Assembly (NCBI GenBank): GCA_964106645.2
Contig: OZ067041.1
Length of the DNA: 64,000 nt
From: Podarcis pityusensis
Lineage: Eukaryota
Direction: 5' to 3' (one strand)
The number at the start of each line of letters is the position of its first letter. Within the stretch, counting starts at the first letter, position 1. Position numbers and translations under genes: made by a program. The notes beneath the pieces are model-generated. The model did not search any database, had not been told where the DNA came from, and saw nothing but the letters and a program-made list of their open reading frames with translations. Of this stretch, positions 40,051-52,435 are shown one piece after another.

Positions 40051-41394
40051 GGTTTAATCAAATCTAGTTGTAATGAAGCAGCATGTTGTTGATTACAATG
40101 GGGGCAATTTTTATGTGGTAGTGCCAATATAGAAAGGCACATTTATTTTGATGGTTTTGTTATTGTAACTTCAAAAGAAAACATCAAAGGCAGCACTTTG
40201 GAAATGAATGGTGCTTTTTTTTATTAAACAGCATTTCATTCAGCATCTCAAACAAGGCACCTAAACTGAGTTTTTACTTATATGCAAATTTTAATAGACT
40301 GGTAATTAAGCAGTTAATATTATTTAACTGATAGAGTTCCATTACAATGGTGGAAATGGACCTAACCATCACCATCATCTTCCATATTCTATACTAGCCC
40401 ACTGCAGGGCACTCGAAGCTAAGAGAATAAAACATTTGGGCTGTTAAGTAGCAATTTACTTCTCGACACTCAGAAAGACAGACTTCAAATATGAAAGCCT
40501 GTCCTGAGGATTTCTTCTAGTCTGAGGGAAGTCAGAGAAACTTGGAAAACGTGGCCTGAGGACATCCGAAGAGCAAGAGTTATGGTGGGAAAGTTACACG
40601 GGGGGGGGGGGGGGGGATGAAGCTAGTTGCCAATCATGTACTGCCAAAAAGGAGAAAAAATGCAACCGCACAAAAATTGCATATCCTAATTCATACAAAT
40701 GCAGATTTAGAAATAATTGCTATAATTTAAACAGAAATATTTTACATACTATCATAGTAGGGACAACTGTGACTAGGTGACCTCCGGGCCTGTTCGGTCT
40801 GCTTTCCATGTGCTTATTGCTAATGGACAATATCCAGGCCTCTGCTCCATTTTCTTATGGTTCTTTATCTTTAAGCCAGACTTGGACTGGGCTTCCAAGG
40901 GGTGACTCCTATAAGTAGAGTGCTGGTCTCCATAAAGTAGGACATGTGGCTATCCTATATCACATCTCTATGGTATTAACAATGTTTCACATTTTATCCT
41001 GGCCCCCTGCACTAAACATTTTGACAGTGCATATATTACAGGTTAAGCAGGAGAGAGAAACTATGGTAGCCTCCTACCTTCAGGGGGAGGAACAGGCCAT
41101 GGACCTAGGCCTCTGTCATTGCTGGCTTCTGGTTTTTGCTATAGCCAAATTCACAAATTGCAATATTTAAATAATATCCTGAATGTAGGCTGATTTTTCA
41201 AGCAACCCAGGTTAAAGCCCAGCCTTTGGAAAATCTGCTGTAACTTGTAAGCTGAGACACAGATAGCCTGCCACAGATGTTCCCTTTCTAATGCTTAGGC
41301 CAAATCAGCCTAGCTAGCCCCCTGTTTGAATAAAGTCGGTGCCTTGCAGTATTACTAAAATCCTTTGCAATACACAGTGGTTCCTTGGAGGATG

Positions 41395-41656
41395 TTGGAG
41401 AACAGCCTTTACCAAAGGTTTCATGGACTTTAAGACACTCGAACTCAGAATGCAAGGGAGAAACATGCTAAGAGGAAGGCACGCTTGGCAAATCCACACC
41501 GTGATCAACTCCCACCCAGGAACCAATGTCCCCACTGTGGAAGGACGTGTGGTCTAGAATTGGCCTCCACAGTCACTTACAGACTCATTGTTATAACAAT
41601 GTCTATGGAAGACAATCTTACTCAGCTACAAGTGATCGCCAAAGAAGAGGAAGAAG
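41395..41656 (+). mobile_element. RTE-type LINE 3' end with C2H2-like zinc-finger remnant
   Basis: CPHCGRTCG / SRIGLHSHLQTH split by a frameshift, followed by a (GAA)n-like tail. Confidence 0.8.
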
Positions 41657-42988
41657 TGTGGAGATTCCTTGGCAGCATGAAACCTACCGATGTAGGATGT
41701 ACACTAGGAAGTATGACTGGAGGGTAGAACAGTGCTTAATTTGCTTTTTTTAAATTATATTTTAAATATTTCTTTTATTTGGAATATTTATAAACTGCTT
41801 AACATTCTAAAATACCAGGGTGGCATAGAATAGTAAAAAGCAAAACAAGTTACAAAAATAGTACAGTTCAACAGTTCTCAGTTCAACAGTTATCAAATAA
41901 ATAATAAATTCATCCTTCAGTGAAAACTTGGATTAATTTTACAAAATGTTTTTAGCATCTGGTGAAATGTGTACAATGCTAAAGCCTGTCTAACTTCGGC
42001 AGGTACTGTGTTCCATTTTTATTTTTTTAAGATCAATACCGCATTTGTCAACATGCTTCTTTGGAAAGTCTGATTGATTTCAGTTTTTGCAAATAAGTGT
42101 TCTTAGGATTAAATCAGAAGAACTAGGTGTTCTTAGACGAAACATGAACAGCTTTGACATAGTGATTGATTCCACCAGCAAAAACACTTGTCGACAAGAC
42201 TAGCAGGATTCTGCTTGTATGTGAACACACCCTAAATATCCAATTCAGTTGTAGTTCCTTACTTATTACTAAACCAACCCCAGCTCAGTTGGCTGGCCCC
42301 ACTTGTTTTCCTGGAATCAGGAGCACTTCCTAGGTTCAAGCAACACCAGGGAAGACTGGCTGCATTTAAAATAGCTTGTTCTATATTTAACTGACAGGAG
42401 CTCATTTCCCCCTGTAAGGAGTGCAGGTGCAGGGCACTCAGAGAGCAGGAAAAAAGAGCAAAACGTTTGGGCAATTAGAAAAATTCCAGTGCCTGAGATG
42501 CAGAAACCCAGGCGTTCACTGGGAAAAGTCCGAGGTTTTCCAGTAATCCAAGGAAAGCCAGGGAAAATTGAACACAGTTCGTATTTCTCATCACCATTCC
42601 AATGAGCAATCAGTTCTTCAGAAGACAATATACTCCCCAGGGACACCAAAAAGGGGAGAGGTGATATAGATTAGTCATTCTGTGCAAACAATATAATGGG
42701 TTATATTCAAATTCACACCAGAAGGCAACTTGAACAACTGATCTCTCTCTTCCTCGCCTCCCCTTCTCCACTGCTGCAGCCCCTCAAATCCTCTCCATAG
42801 CATTTTTTCAGGGGGGGGGGTGCACAATCACCTGAACTTTGTTGTAAGGGTCTGCAGTAGGAGGATGGAGAAGCACCTGAAATTAGGAAGAGGAACCTTA
42901 ACTAAGTACTCCCTGCTCACCTGTTGATAGAACGTACAAGTCTTTCTGACTAGCAATAAGGTGTGAGGTTAAAATACGTGTCCACAGT

Positions 42989-43367
42989 ACGAAAGAAGAA
43001 TGGCAGATGAAATTAATGGACTACGCAGAATTGGACAAGATGACAGGAAGGATTCGAAACCTGTGGGATCAGAGATTCTTAGAGGACTGGAGTAAATATG
43101 TGAACTATTTGAAAAGCAATTGTAATCAACAGATTACACTATAGGATTACAAGAAGTTTTGTAAGGAGGACTATGCGAAATATTGCAGAGAAAATTTGCA
43201 AATAGAATTATTAGTGAAGGACTATAAAGCAATAATGAAATAATGAAATGCAGACTAAGTGATAAAGATTGAAAAATCTTCAGATGTAGTCGATGGAAGT
43301 CCAAAAACATTGTATAAGATAAGAATATGTTATATGATTTTTGGAAATCATATACAAATCATATATA
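42989..43367 (+). mobile_element. L1-clade LINE 3' fragment with TSD
   Basis: Encodes KEEWQMKLMDYAELDKMTGRIRNLWDQRFLEDWSKYVNYLK, homologous to 30087-30479. TSD aaaatacgtgtccacagt / aaaatacatgtccacggt (16/18) at a TT|AAAA site. Confidence 0.92.
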
Positions 43368-44186
43368 AAAATACATGTCCACGGTTTGAGTACTGTTTCC
43401 TCCTCAAGAAACGGGGGAATAATTTTGCAGCTCATCTGCAAATGTTCCCTCGCCACACATTATACTGGAGGCAAGATGGGACCATGTAGTTTCTCATTCT
43501 CTCCTACGGTAAGTGACCATACTAAAAAAAAACTGTTTTCTCCTCCCCCAACCTTTTTCTGTATACAACACCTACTGTCTCACATATGTGACTGATATAT
43601 GGAAAATACTTTACAACCTGAGAAAAGAAACAATGCACGTACTTTCGTAAACAAAAAAAAATTAATAAAAATAATAATAAAAAAATCCACGGAAGCGTTT
43701 CTGTGCTTTTTTGTAAGCAATGCTCTTGGTCTTAGTGATATTAGACTTCAGTTCTCTCTCTATCTCTATCTCCTTCTTTTTTTAAAAAAAGGAAAGTCAC
43801 ATGCAGAAAAGCACCCTGAAGTTTTCTGCGGAGTCATTCAGTTCAAGCAGAAAAGCAGCACAAACTCTGCAATTCGTATTTTCATTTTGTATTTTTATGT
43901 CATGAACCACCCTGGGATCTTTGGATGAAGGGTGGTACACAAATTTAATAAATAATAATAATAATCGGTACCAAGCAACTTTTCACAGTCATTTCTCTAG
44001 TGGAAGCTTTCTCTTTTGATAATTTTAAAAAGCATTTCAGCAACATGTTCCAGTAGGAAACGTCTGAGGATTCTCACTATTATGCATTTATGTCAGTGGC
44101 CTAAGGGAATTCCTCTATGCTTAGGAATATGATTACCAAGAGTGGGTGGTGGCGGTGTGTATAAGGAGGATGCTATTTTTTCATTA

Positions 44187-44432
44187 CAGTGGTACCTCGG
44201 GTTAAGTACTTAATTCGTTCCGGAGGTCTGTTCTTAACCTGAAACTGTTCTTAACCTGAAGCACCACTTTAGCTGGCTAATGGGGCCTCCTGCTGCTGCT
44301 GCGCCGCCAGAGCACGATTTCTGTTCTCATCCTGAAGCAAAGTTCTTAACCTGAGGTACTATTTCTGGGTTAGCGGAGTCTGTAACCTGAAGCGTATGTA
44401 ACCTGAAGCGTATGTAACCCGAGGTACCACTG
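44187..44432 (-). mobile_element. Tc1/mariner MITE, family A copy 3
   Basis: TA|cagtggtacctcgggtta ... taacccgaggtaccactg|TA. Confidence 0.92.
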
Positions 44433-44864
44433 TATTATTTTTTTATGAAAGGGAGGACTGCACAAACACATACACATGTGGGTGGCTCCAGTGAGAGGAT
44501 GTTAAAACATACTAGAACAAAAATAAATAAATAAATGAAATAAATAAATGAAAGAAATTATTCAAACATTGCTGGAAGGAGCTTTCCGATGGAAGGTCAT
44601 CATAGCTCCATTATTATGGGCTACGTAACAAAATCATTTAGCCCAAATTATGAACTGCATAGATTTTTGTGCTCCATTAGAGTGCTTTATCAGCAAATGG
44701 AGCACTATGCTCCAGTAAAGCAGAAAGTAGTTCTAGTTTCAACATGCACCACTGGACATATTAGCCTACTTTCCTGTGTTTTCTGCTACTACATCTCTAT
44801 TTCCACAGCCTACCTTTTCTTTATACTGCCTACATACAAATGCTGCCTAAGGCCTCTGTTATTT

Positions 44865-44896
<32 letters not shown>

Positions 44897-45571
44897 CATG
44901 TCAAAAGTGATTGCATCACATAGGTTGATGTTTCCTTTCATGTTTCCTTCCTTGGAAAATATTCATTCTTCAAACAATTCAAACCTTTGATACTTTTTAT
45001 GTTCCTCCACATTACTATAATTTACTGACTGTATAGGTTCTTGCCATTGTTTCATGAGTGGAGGAGATCTGCTGATCCAAAACAAATGCTTACATGAATC
45101 TTCTCTCTCAAAAATACATGAATTGAGGAATCCAGGGAGCACTTAAATCTGAGCTCCCACACCTGCAGCAAATCTCTGGACTGTGATGAGCATGTTTATA
45201 GAAGATTCTTCTTTAAAAGATATGCTCCTGTCCATATTTTTGGTAAAACAGTCGAGACTCCTTTGAATGTGGATTGAATAAAGCCTCTGAAATGTTTCCC
45301 CCCCCCAATAAAAATAAGAAATTGCTGTATCCCATTATATGAGACACAACATTTATTGTAAGGTATTAGTTTTAATAGCCAACTTATTTAAATACTGTTT
45401 TGTTGGGTATGTCATGCAATGGAAAACTGTCATCCTCTCATATATAAAAGAAATTCTCCTTTTTAATGAGGTACTTTGAACATAACTTGTTCCATGAAAA
45501 CTGTCAATCATAATAACTATATTGGTTTTTTTTTTTTTTTGAAGGATGACTCACAGTTTACTTTGCAAATA

Positions 45572-45821
45572 TAGTGGTACCTCTGGTAACGTACTTAATT
45601 TGTTCCAGAGGTCCGTTCTTAACCTGAAACTGTTCTTATCCTGAAGCACCACTTTAGCTAATGGGGTCTCCCGCTGCTACTGCGCCACCGCCACCACCAC
45701 CACCACCACCGCCGCCGCGCAATTTCTGTTCTCACCCTGAAGCAAAGTTCTTAACCCGAGGTACTATTTCTGGGTTAGCGGAGTCTGTAACCTGAAGCAT
45801 ATATAACCCGAGGTACCACTG
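45572..45821 (-). mobile_element. Tc1/mariner MITE, family A copy 4
   Basis: TA|tagtggtacctc ... gaggtaccactg|TA. Internal (CCA/CCG)n expansion. Confidence 0.9.
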
Positions 45822-45899
45822 TAGTAGGAAGCCCAGGTCTTGGTTTCTTGGGATTTTATAGAGATAAATTGAAAAGCAAACATGAGCTATAGTATAACT

Positions 45900-46152
45900 C
45901 ATAGGTAGGCAAACTAAGGCCCGGGGGCTGGCCCGGCCCAATTGCCTTCCAAATCTGACCCGCGGATGGTCTGGGAATAAGCGTGTTTTTACATGAGTAG
46001 AATGTGCCCTTTTATTTAAAATGCATCTCTGGGTTATTTGTGGGGCATAGGAATTCGTTCTTCCCCCCCATCCTTCAAAATATAGTCTGGTCCCCCACAA
46101 GGTCTGAGGGACAGTGGACCGGCCCCCTGCTGAAAAAGTTTGCTGACTCCTG
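45900..46152. mobile_element. hAT-superfamily MITE
   Basis: TIRs cataggtaggcaaact / agtttgctgactcctg. 8-bp TSD gtataact / gtatagct. Confidence 0.85.
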
Positions 46153-46162
46153 GTATAGCTGA

Positions 46163-46850
46163 TGCCAGGGACCAGCAATGTGGGGTTATGTGTCACCCAC
46201 AATTCAGAAATTGGGGCTGAGCGAAGAGGAAGAGTCAGGGCTGTCAAAGGGGGGGGGGAGTGGCGGGAAGTATGTGAAGAGGAGTTTGATGGCCTGGGAT
46301 TCGGAGTCGGATGCTGAACCTGAGGAATCCCAGCCTGCACAGGATTCCCCGCCTCCAGAACCAGCTGAGCTGGGGCTGGGGCCTGAGCCTGAAGGGTCCT
46401 CACCTGTGCTGGATCCTCAGGTGCAGGCACCAGCTGAGTCTGCTCTGGCTCCTGAGGTGATGGAGGACCCATTGCCTGCAGGTGCTCCACTCTCAGCCCC
46501 GGCAGAGGAAGCTGAGGTTGCCTCTGGGTCCGATAACCCTCCAGCCTCTCCTGGGCTGCAGAGGCTTAGGGCAGAGAGGCAGAGGGAACTAAGTTCCCGC
46601 AGGAGGAGTGCTCACCTCCAGGCCAGGAGAGGCGAGTCACCTGAGGACCAGGGCCGCCCTATGCCTCGGGGCAGATAAAAGTCAGTCAGCCCCAGTCCCA
46701 AGTTGCGGAAGCAACATTGTTGGTTGTCAGATCCTGCCTGTACCCTGCCCAGCACCCAGCTTCAACTTTTACGGACTGCCTCCTGATTGCATCATCAACC
46801 ACGGACTGGACTTGGACCTCACCTCTTGGTTAACCCCCGGGACCAGCACA
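46163..46850 (+). mobile_element. LTR-like element (TG...CA, 688 bp), probably a solo LTR
   Basis: GC-rich block starting tgccagggaccagca and ending gggaccagcaca, TATA-like gataaaa at about 46674-46680. No TSD or AATAAA seen. Confidence 0.55.
46178..46678 (+). CDS. Hypothetical 166-aa acidic/Pro-rich ORF with basic C-terminus inside the LTR-like element
   Basis: ATG-to-TAA ORF contained wholly in the element. Coding status unproven. Confidence 0.25.
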   Translation: MWGYVSPTIQKLGLSEEEESGLSKGGGSGGKYVKRSLMAWDSESDAEPEESQPAQDSPPPEPAELGLGPEPEGSSPVLDPQVQAPAESALAPEVMEDPLPAGAPLSAPAEEAEVASGSDNPPASPGLQRLRAERQRELSSRRRSAHLQARRGESPEDQGRPMPRGR

Positions 46851-46856
46851 GGGAGA

Positions 46857-48312
46857 AATAATAATAATAATAATTTTTATTTATATCCCGCCCTCCCCAG
46901 CCGAAGCCGGGCTCAGGGCGGCTAACAACAATCAAATAATCAAACAATCAAATAATCCAACATTCTAAAAACATTTCATTATAAAAATTAATTAAAATCA
47001 AATTAATGGCAACCGCTAAGCAAAATTCTGTGCAGGTTGCCAGAGGAGGGAGTCAGGCTGGGCCCTGACCAAAGGCCTGGTGGAACAACTCTGTCTTGCA
47101 GGCCTTGCGGAAAGATGTCAGGTCCTGCAGGGCCCTAGTCTCTTGTGACAGAGCGTTCCACCAGATTGGAGCCGCAGCCGAGAAAGCCCTGGCTCTAGTT
47201 GAGGCCAGCCTAACCTCTCTGAGGCCTGGGACCTTCAGGATGTTTTTATTTGCAGACCGTAAGTTTCTCTGTGGGGCATACCAGGAGAGGCGGTCCTGTA
47301 GGTACGAGGGTCCTAGGCCGTATAGGGCTTTAAAGGTTAAAACCAGCATCTTAAACCTGATCCTGTACTCCACCGGGAGCCAGTGCAGCTGGTATAGTAC
47401 CGGATGAATGTGATCTCACAGCGAAGACCCCATAAGGAGTCTCTCCGCGGCATTCTGCACCCACTGGAGTTTCTGGGTCAGTCTCAAGGGCAGCCCCACA
47501 TAGAGCGAGTTACAATAATCCAGTCTGGAGGTGACAGTCGCGTGGATCACAGTGGCTAGGTCTGGGCGAGAGAGATAAGGGGCCAACTGCTTAGCTTGGC
47601 CGAGATGAAAAAATGCCGCCTTTGTTATAGCTGTAATCTGCGCCTCCATAGAGAGGGAGGTATCGAAGATTACACCCAAACTCTTAACGGACGGTGCTGG
47701 CACTAATTGCACCCCCGCAAGAGATGGGAGATGCCCCCCCAATCCCATATCGTCCCGTCCCAGCCAGAGGACCTCTGTCTTCGAAGGATTTAACTTCAAC
47801 CGGCTTCCACGTAACCATCCAGCCACAGCTTCCAAACATCTGGTCAGTGTGTCTGGGGCCGAGTCAGGATGGCCATCCATCAACAGATAGAGTTGGGTGT
47901 CATCGGCCTACTGATGGCAACCCAGCCCAAAACTCCGGACAAGCTGGGCAAGGGGGCGCATAAAGATGTTAAAAAGCATTGGGGAGAGTATCGCACCCTG
48001 AGGCACTCCACACACCAAGGAGTGGCGCAATGACAATTCCCCCCCAAGCGCCACCCTCTGTCCCTGACCAGAGAGAAACGAGCGCAGCCATTGGAGGACT
48101 GTGCCCTGGATCCCCACGTCGGCAAGGCGGTGGTCCAGGAGTTCGTGATCGACCATGTCGAAGGCTGCTGACAGGTCTAGAAGAATCAGCAGCCCCGACC
48201 CGCCTCGATCCAGCTGCCTGCGGAGATCATCTGTTAGGGCGACCAGAGCCGTCTCGGTCCCATGACCAGCGCGGAAGCCAGACTGGAATGGATCCAGAGC
48301 CGATGTTTCAGC
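46857..48312 (-). mobile_element. L2-clade LINE, 5'-truncated, young (RT domain to 3' tail)
   Basis: LDPFQSGFR..HGTETAL, LLDLSAAFD.VDH, GVPQGAILSP.LFN, KLNPSKTE, SRLDYCNSL, RAFSAAAP.WNAL. CpG-rich, (TAA)n tail, a few stops. Confidence 0.95.
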
Positions 48313-49134
48313 CGATAGTCCCTGAGAAAGCTGGGCCATTAGGATCTTCTATATCCCCTCCTCTGCTGTCTCTAAGGACAAGAAGCTAGCTATGGAGCAG
48401 GAGAGGTGTGTATATCCTGTGCACCTTGAGAAATGCTGTAATTGAGTGCTTTGCCAATAAAATAAATTACTACGCTTTGTTCTCCGTGGGCTGGGTGTGC
48501 TCAGGACAACCTCTTATTAAAATGGTTGTTGTTGTTGGTTGTTTTAAAAAATCAAATATTTTGGAGCAAGTACCATTTTTACATATCAGGTTGGGCATAT
48601 AACTAGCTCTTCTAAAAGCCATGCATATTGTTTAGACAGTGATGCGCTGTATATGTTGTTGAAGCTCTGACACTGATTCTCATTGCTAGAACTCTGAATA
48701 TATTCCTATCTGAAGCATCATTGGTGATGCTAGTAGTTGTGTCACAGGTCAAGTATTTTGCTCTTTGCTGTCACGCACATGTCTTGGGAACACTGTTCTT
48801 ACTGTACTCAAAATGACAGCTGTTTCCTCCAGAGACTGGATATATTGCACACAGTAGTGTCAACCATGACACAAGTGTTAAATGATATGTGGTCTGTGTG
48901 TGCGTATTTCTGCATTTCTGCCACAAGCTCAGACTGTTGTTTACTCCTGGAATGGGGGAGACAGATTTCTGCTGCTTTATGTATATCAGAACATCTGTAT
49001 GCACGCAACCGGGAGCACTTAAAAATATATTTCAGACTTTAAAACCAACTTCTTGAGGAACATCAATATCTATACAGCTCATCATTTTGACAGTGACGAT
49101 AGAAATGGTCCATGATGTCAGCGTTAGGGTAGGA

Positions 49135-49270
49135 CAGGCATAGGCAAACTCGGCCCTCCAGATGTTTTGGGACTACAACTCCCATCATCCCTAGCTAACA
49201 GGACCAGTGGTCAGGGATGATGTGAGTTGTAGTCCCAAAACATCTAGAGGGCCAAATTTCCCTATGACTG
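49135..49270. mobile_element. Short palindromic hAT MITE
   Basis: caggcataggcaaact ... atttccctatgactg. TSD gggtagga / gggtagag. Confidence 0.85.
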
Positions 49271-49890
49271 GGGTAGAGTTTGACAACAAGCATGTAGAAG
49301 CTAATGAGTCAACTAAAACTACTGGAATATCTATAGTAAAGTTTAAACACAAATAAAGACATTTCAAGATGAGAGGTAGGTAGGTAAGTATATTTCTAGC
49401 CAAGAGAAATAAATTAGAAAGTTCAGACCAAACCAAATATACATATGGAGCAGCTAAAAAGTGAAAATCAGTGAGTTATTCTATAGAAAATCCCAAATAG
49501 ACCGTGCTGAAAGTAGCGTAATACTGTACACAACGCATATAAAACGAATATAAATCCTGACCCATTTTCAGCAGGTCAGAAATTTACCAACATACGAAAT
49601 TCCAAGTTCAAATCCAAAGAAAATATTTGTGCTCTATTTCAATACAGCAGAGAAGTTTTGGCACCTTGTACTTAAATATGCTCTGCCTTATTGCCCATTC
49701 TCTTGCTCAGTCTAAGGAATTCATTGTGGAACTATGCACAGTTTGCTTGGGATTTAACCTACCTAAATCATTTGGTAACCTTATTATGAGCTAGCTCACT
49801 TTAATCAATCCATTTTTAAAGGAGTGTGATACTTATTATCCATTTAGCCACCATACTTTCTATGGTTTAATCACTATGTGTTAGTGGGGT

Positions 49891-49897
49891 TCTTTCT

Positions 49898-49960
<63 letters not shown>
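49891..49960. repeat. Compound microsatellite (TC)n(CA)n(GA)n
   Basis: Direct reading. Confidence 0.95.
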
Positions 49961-49961
<1 letters not shown>

Positions 49962-50879
49962 ATGTTCTCCATGGATAATGATTTGTATTCAAATTTGCTA
50001 ACAACACTGTAGCACAACTAAACCTCAACCAGTAGCTCATAATAAGACACATTTGGATATTTTGATTGTTGGCCAACCTGTATGCAGCTGAATGTGTTTT
50101 ATCCACCCGTTTCATCTTTAAAAATAACATAAGAAATAACTTCTGCATTGCTATTTATATTTCTTGTTAGAAATTTGCTTTTCAACGATGTGGCTGAGTG
50201 ATATGCTTTTGCATACATCTGCAAAAATTCAGTGAAGAATCTGGCAGATGCTGGCTTAATTATTTTTAAATGGATAAACAATGCAAATTGATTACAGTAA
50301 AAAAAATTAGCATAGTAAGAATGGATATGCTAAATATGCACCCTGAAGCAAGCAGTAACTTATGTGACAACAAGTTATAACGTAGTTTTAAATATACACA
50401 TTGGAGCCAGGCGTCACACACATATGGCAATCACACTCTATGCATAATTCAAAATGCTAATTATGAATACTGTGCATCTTAATGTTTTAACTACATATCT
50501 TTCATGATGAATGAAGAAAAATGATATTTAAATTGAGCTTTGCCCTTAGCTTTTTATCTACATTAAACCTTTCCTTGGAATATATTTTCAAAGTGACACC
50601 CTAGAGGTAAATCTGCAAAACAGAAATTTCAGTGCCTACTCGGAATAAAACAGGGTTGTATCAAATGGTGCACAAATGGAGTTCTGCTTGTAAATTGGAC
50701 TCCCCCCTCCTCTTATGCCCCCAAAACTGCTCCAGAGGTTCCCCTAACTCTCTGGTGCAGATGTGGATAGTGCATGGAGGCGGGGCTACAAGAGAGAGGT
50801 GAGGAGGGGGAAATTCCATTGTGCAAGGAGAAGTCTGTTGCACAGGAGGAAAAGCAGTGAAGGATTCAACTCAAATAAC

Positions 50880-51142
50880 TCAGAGCAGGGCTTTCACTGT
50901 GGCTGCCCCTGTTCTGTGGAATAGCATTCCTGTTGAGATATGGCAGATGCCCACTCTAAACAAACAAATGAAGATGTTTTTTGCTCCAGAAGGCCTTCCC
51001 AGCTGGATAAATGGGACTTTGCCATGAGTGTCTATTTTGTATTGTTTTCATTTGAATTTAGAAGTGCATACTGTTTTTCTGTGTTTTTAACTTTTTTTGC
51101 TGTTTTAACTGTACATTGCCTTGAGATAATCGTGTAGAAGGC
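50880..51142 (+). mobile_element. L2-type LINE 3' fragment
   Basis: Encodes SRAFTVAAPVLWNSIPVEI (ORF 50821-51027). Confidence 0.75.
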
Positions 51143-52400
51143 CATTGTTGTGGTGGTGGTGGTGGTTGTTATCATCTATCAACAACCAGAGTCACTTGTG
51201 GTTTGCAATAATACAGGAAATAAACATGTTTTGGGGCAGCATCCCTAAAGCTACTTGCCATGAAGTAATCTCAATGAAATTATTGGTACAATTCAATAAT
51301 GCATCTTACCATCTTGGAAGTTACACCAGATGAGTACAAAGCTGGATGCTATGGAATAACAGACTCCATTGCATTGCATTGCATTAGCAAGTAAAATAAT
51401 ATTGTTTCTCCTACGACCTGCTTTCACATGTCTGAAATTTCACATACTTGGGGACATAGCCTAAAGAAAAAAAGTCACATTCATCCCACTGAGTTCATTG
51501 TAATTAATTAATTTCCCATTACACATTCTCTGTAAACTTCACCCAGGGTTATGTTTGAAGCTCTAATGTAAAAATATCTCATTCAGGATTGTTGCAGGTC
51601 ATATATGCTGATACAGTTCCTCCTACAAGATAATGGGTTTTATAGTATTTATGTTGTCATGCTAAATTACATGACAAATATCTTCCAAAGGAAGTGAACT
51701 AAATTCCAGACATGCAGCATTCAAAATGAGTTAACTGGGGAAACAGCTATACTGGAAAGTAAATAAAAGTCACTTAAAAAGATTCAAATATATATTTAAA
51801 GAAATGAGAGCATAATTTTCATTGATATCAAAATCCTATCAAAGGCAACTGACCCTTTTCTGGCCCTCCAAAACGAATAAACGAACCGGTGTTTATATCC
51901 ATTTTCTGTCTTGCAAAAAAGTCTTTTAGTAAAGCATGTTAAGTGGCCCAATTACTTTCCATTTTTGTTTCTTTCAGTGTCAGCAGATAATTTAATCCAT
52001 GACTCATCCTAGATATGAGTATATGCCACATTTGATGTTCTGCATAGATCTCCCCAGTAATAGCATTTTTTAAAAAAAAAGCAGAATAGTTATTCCTCCC
52101 TCCAATTCTGTTCAATCTTTTGACACTACTCTTGTCCCTAAACATTAAAAGAAAAATAATCCTGTCGATCCTATGCTAAATTTCAAGACACATGTGGATA
52201 CAGTCCAGATAATTTTAAATTTTTATATTCCATTAAGTGGGGGGGAGAGTTTGTTCTTTAACATTTTCCTTTTGAAATGATAGCACTTGAAAGTGCTTCA
52301 TTTTGTCTGTATCATGACCTACGGGTCTAATATGTCTCATGAGAAAATAAGAAGTCAATATTCTCTCCTATGTGCACATACCCCTTCATTTGGGTTCTGT

Positions 52401-52402
52401 AT

Positions 52403-52434
<32 letters not shown>

Positions 52435-52435
52435 T
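52401..52435. repeat. (TAC)n microsatellite
   Basis: Direct reading. Confidence 0.9.

Noticed and set aside
45732-46490. 252-aa minus-strand ORF
   Set aside because: Runs across three unrelated mobile elements (LTR-like, hAT MITE, Tc1 MITE). A chance antisense frame.
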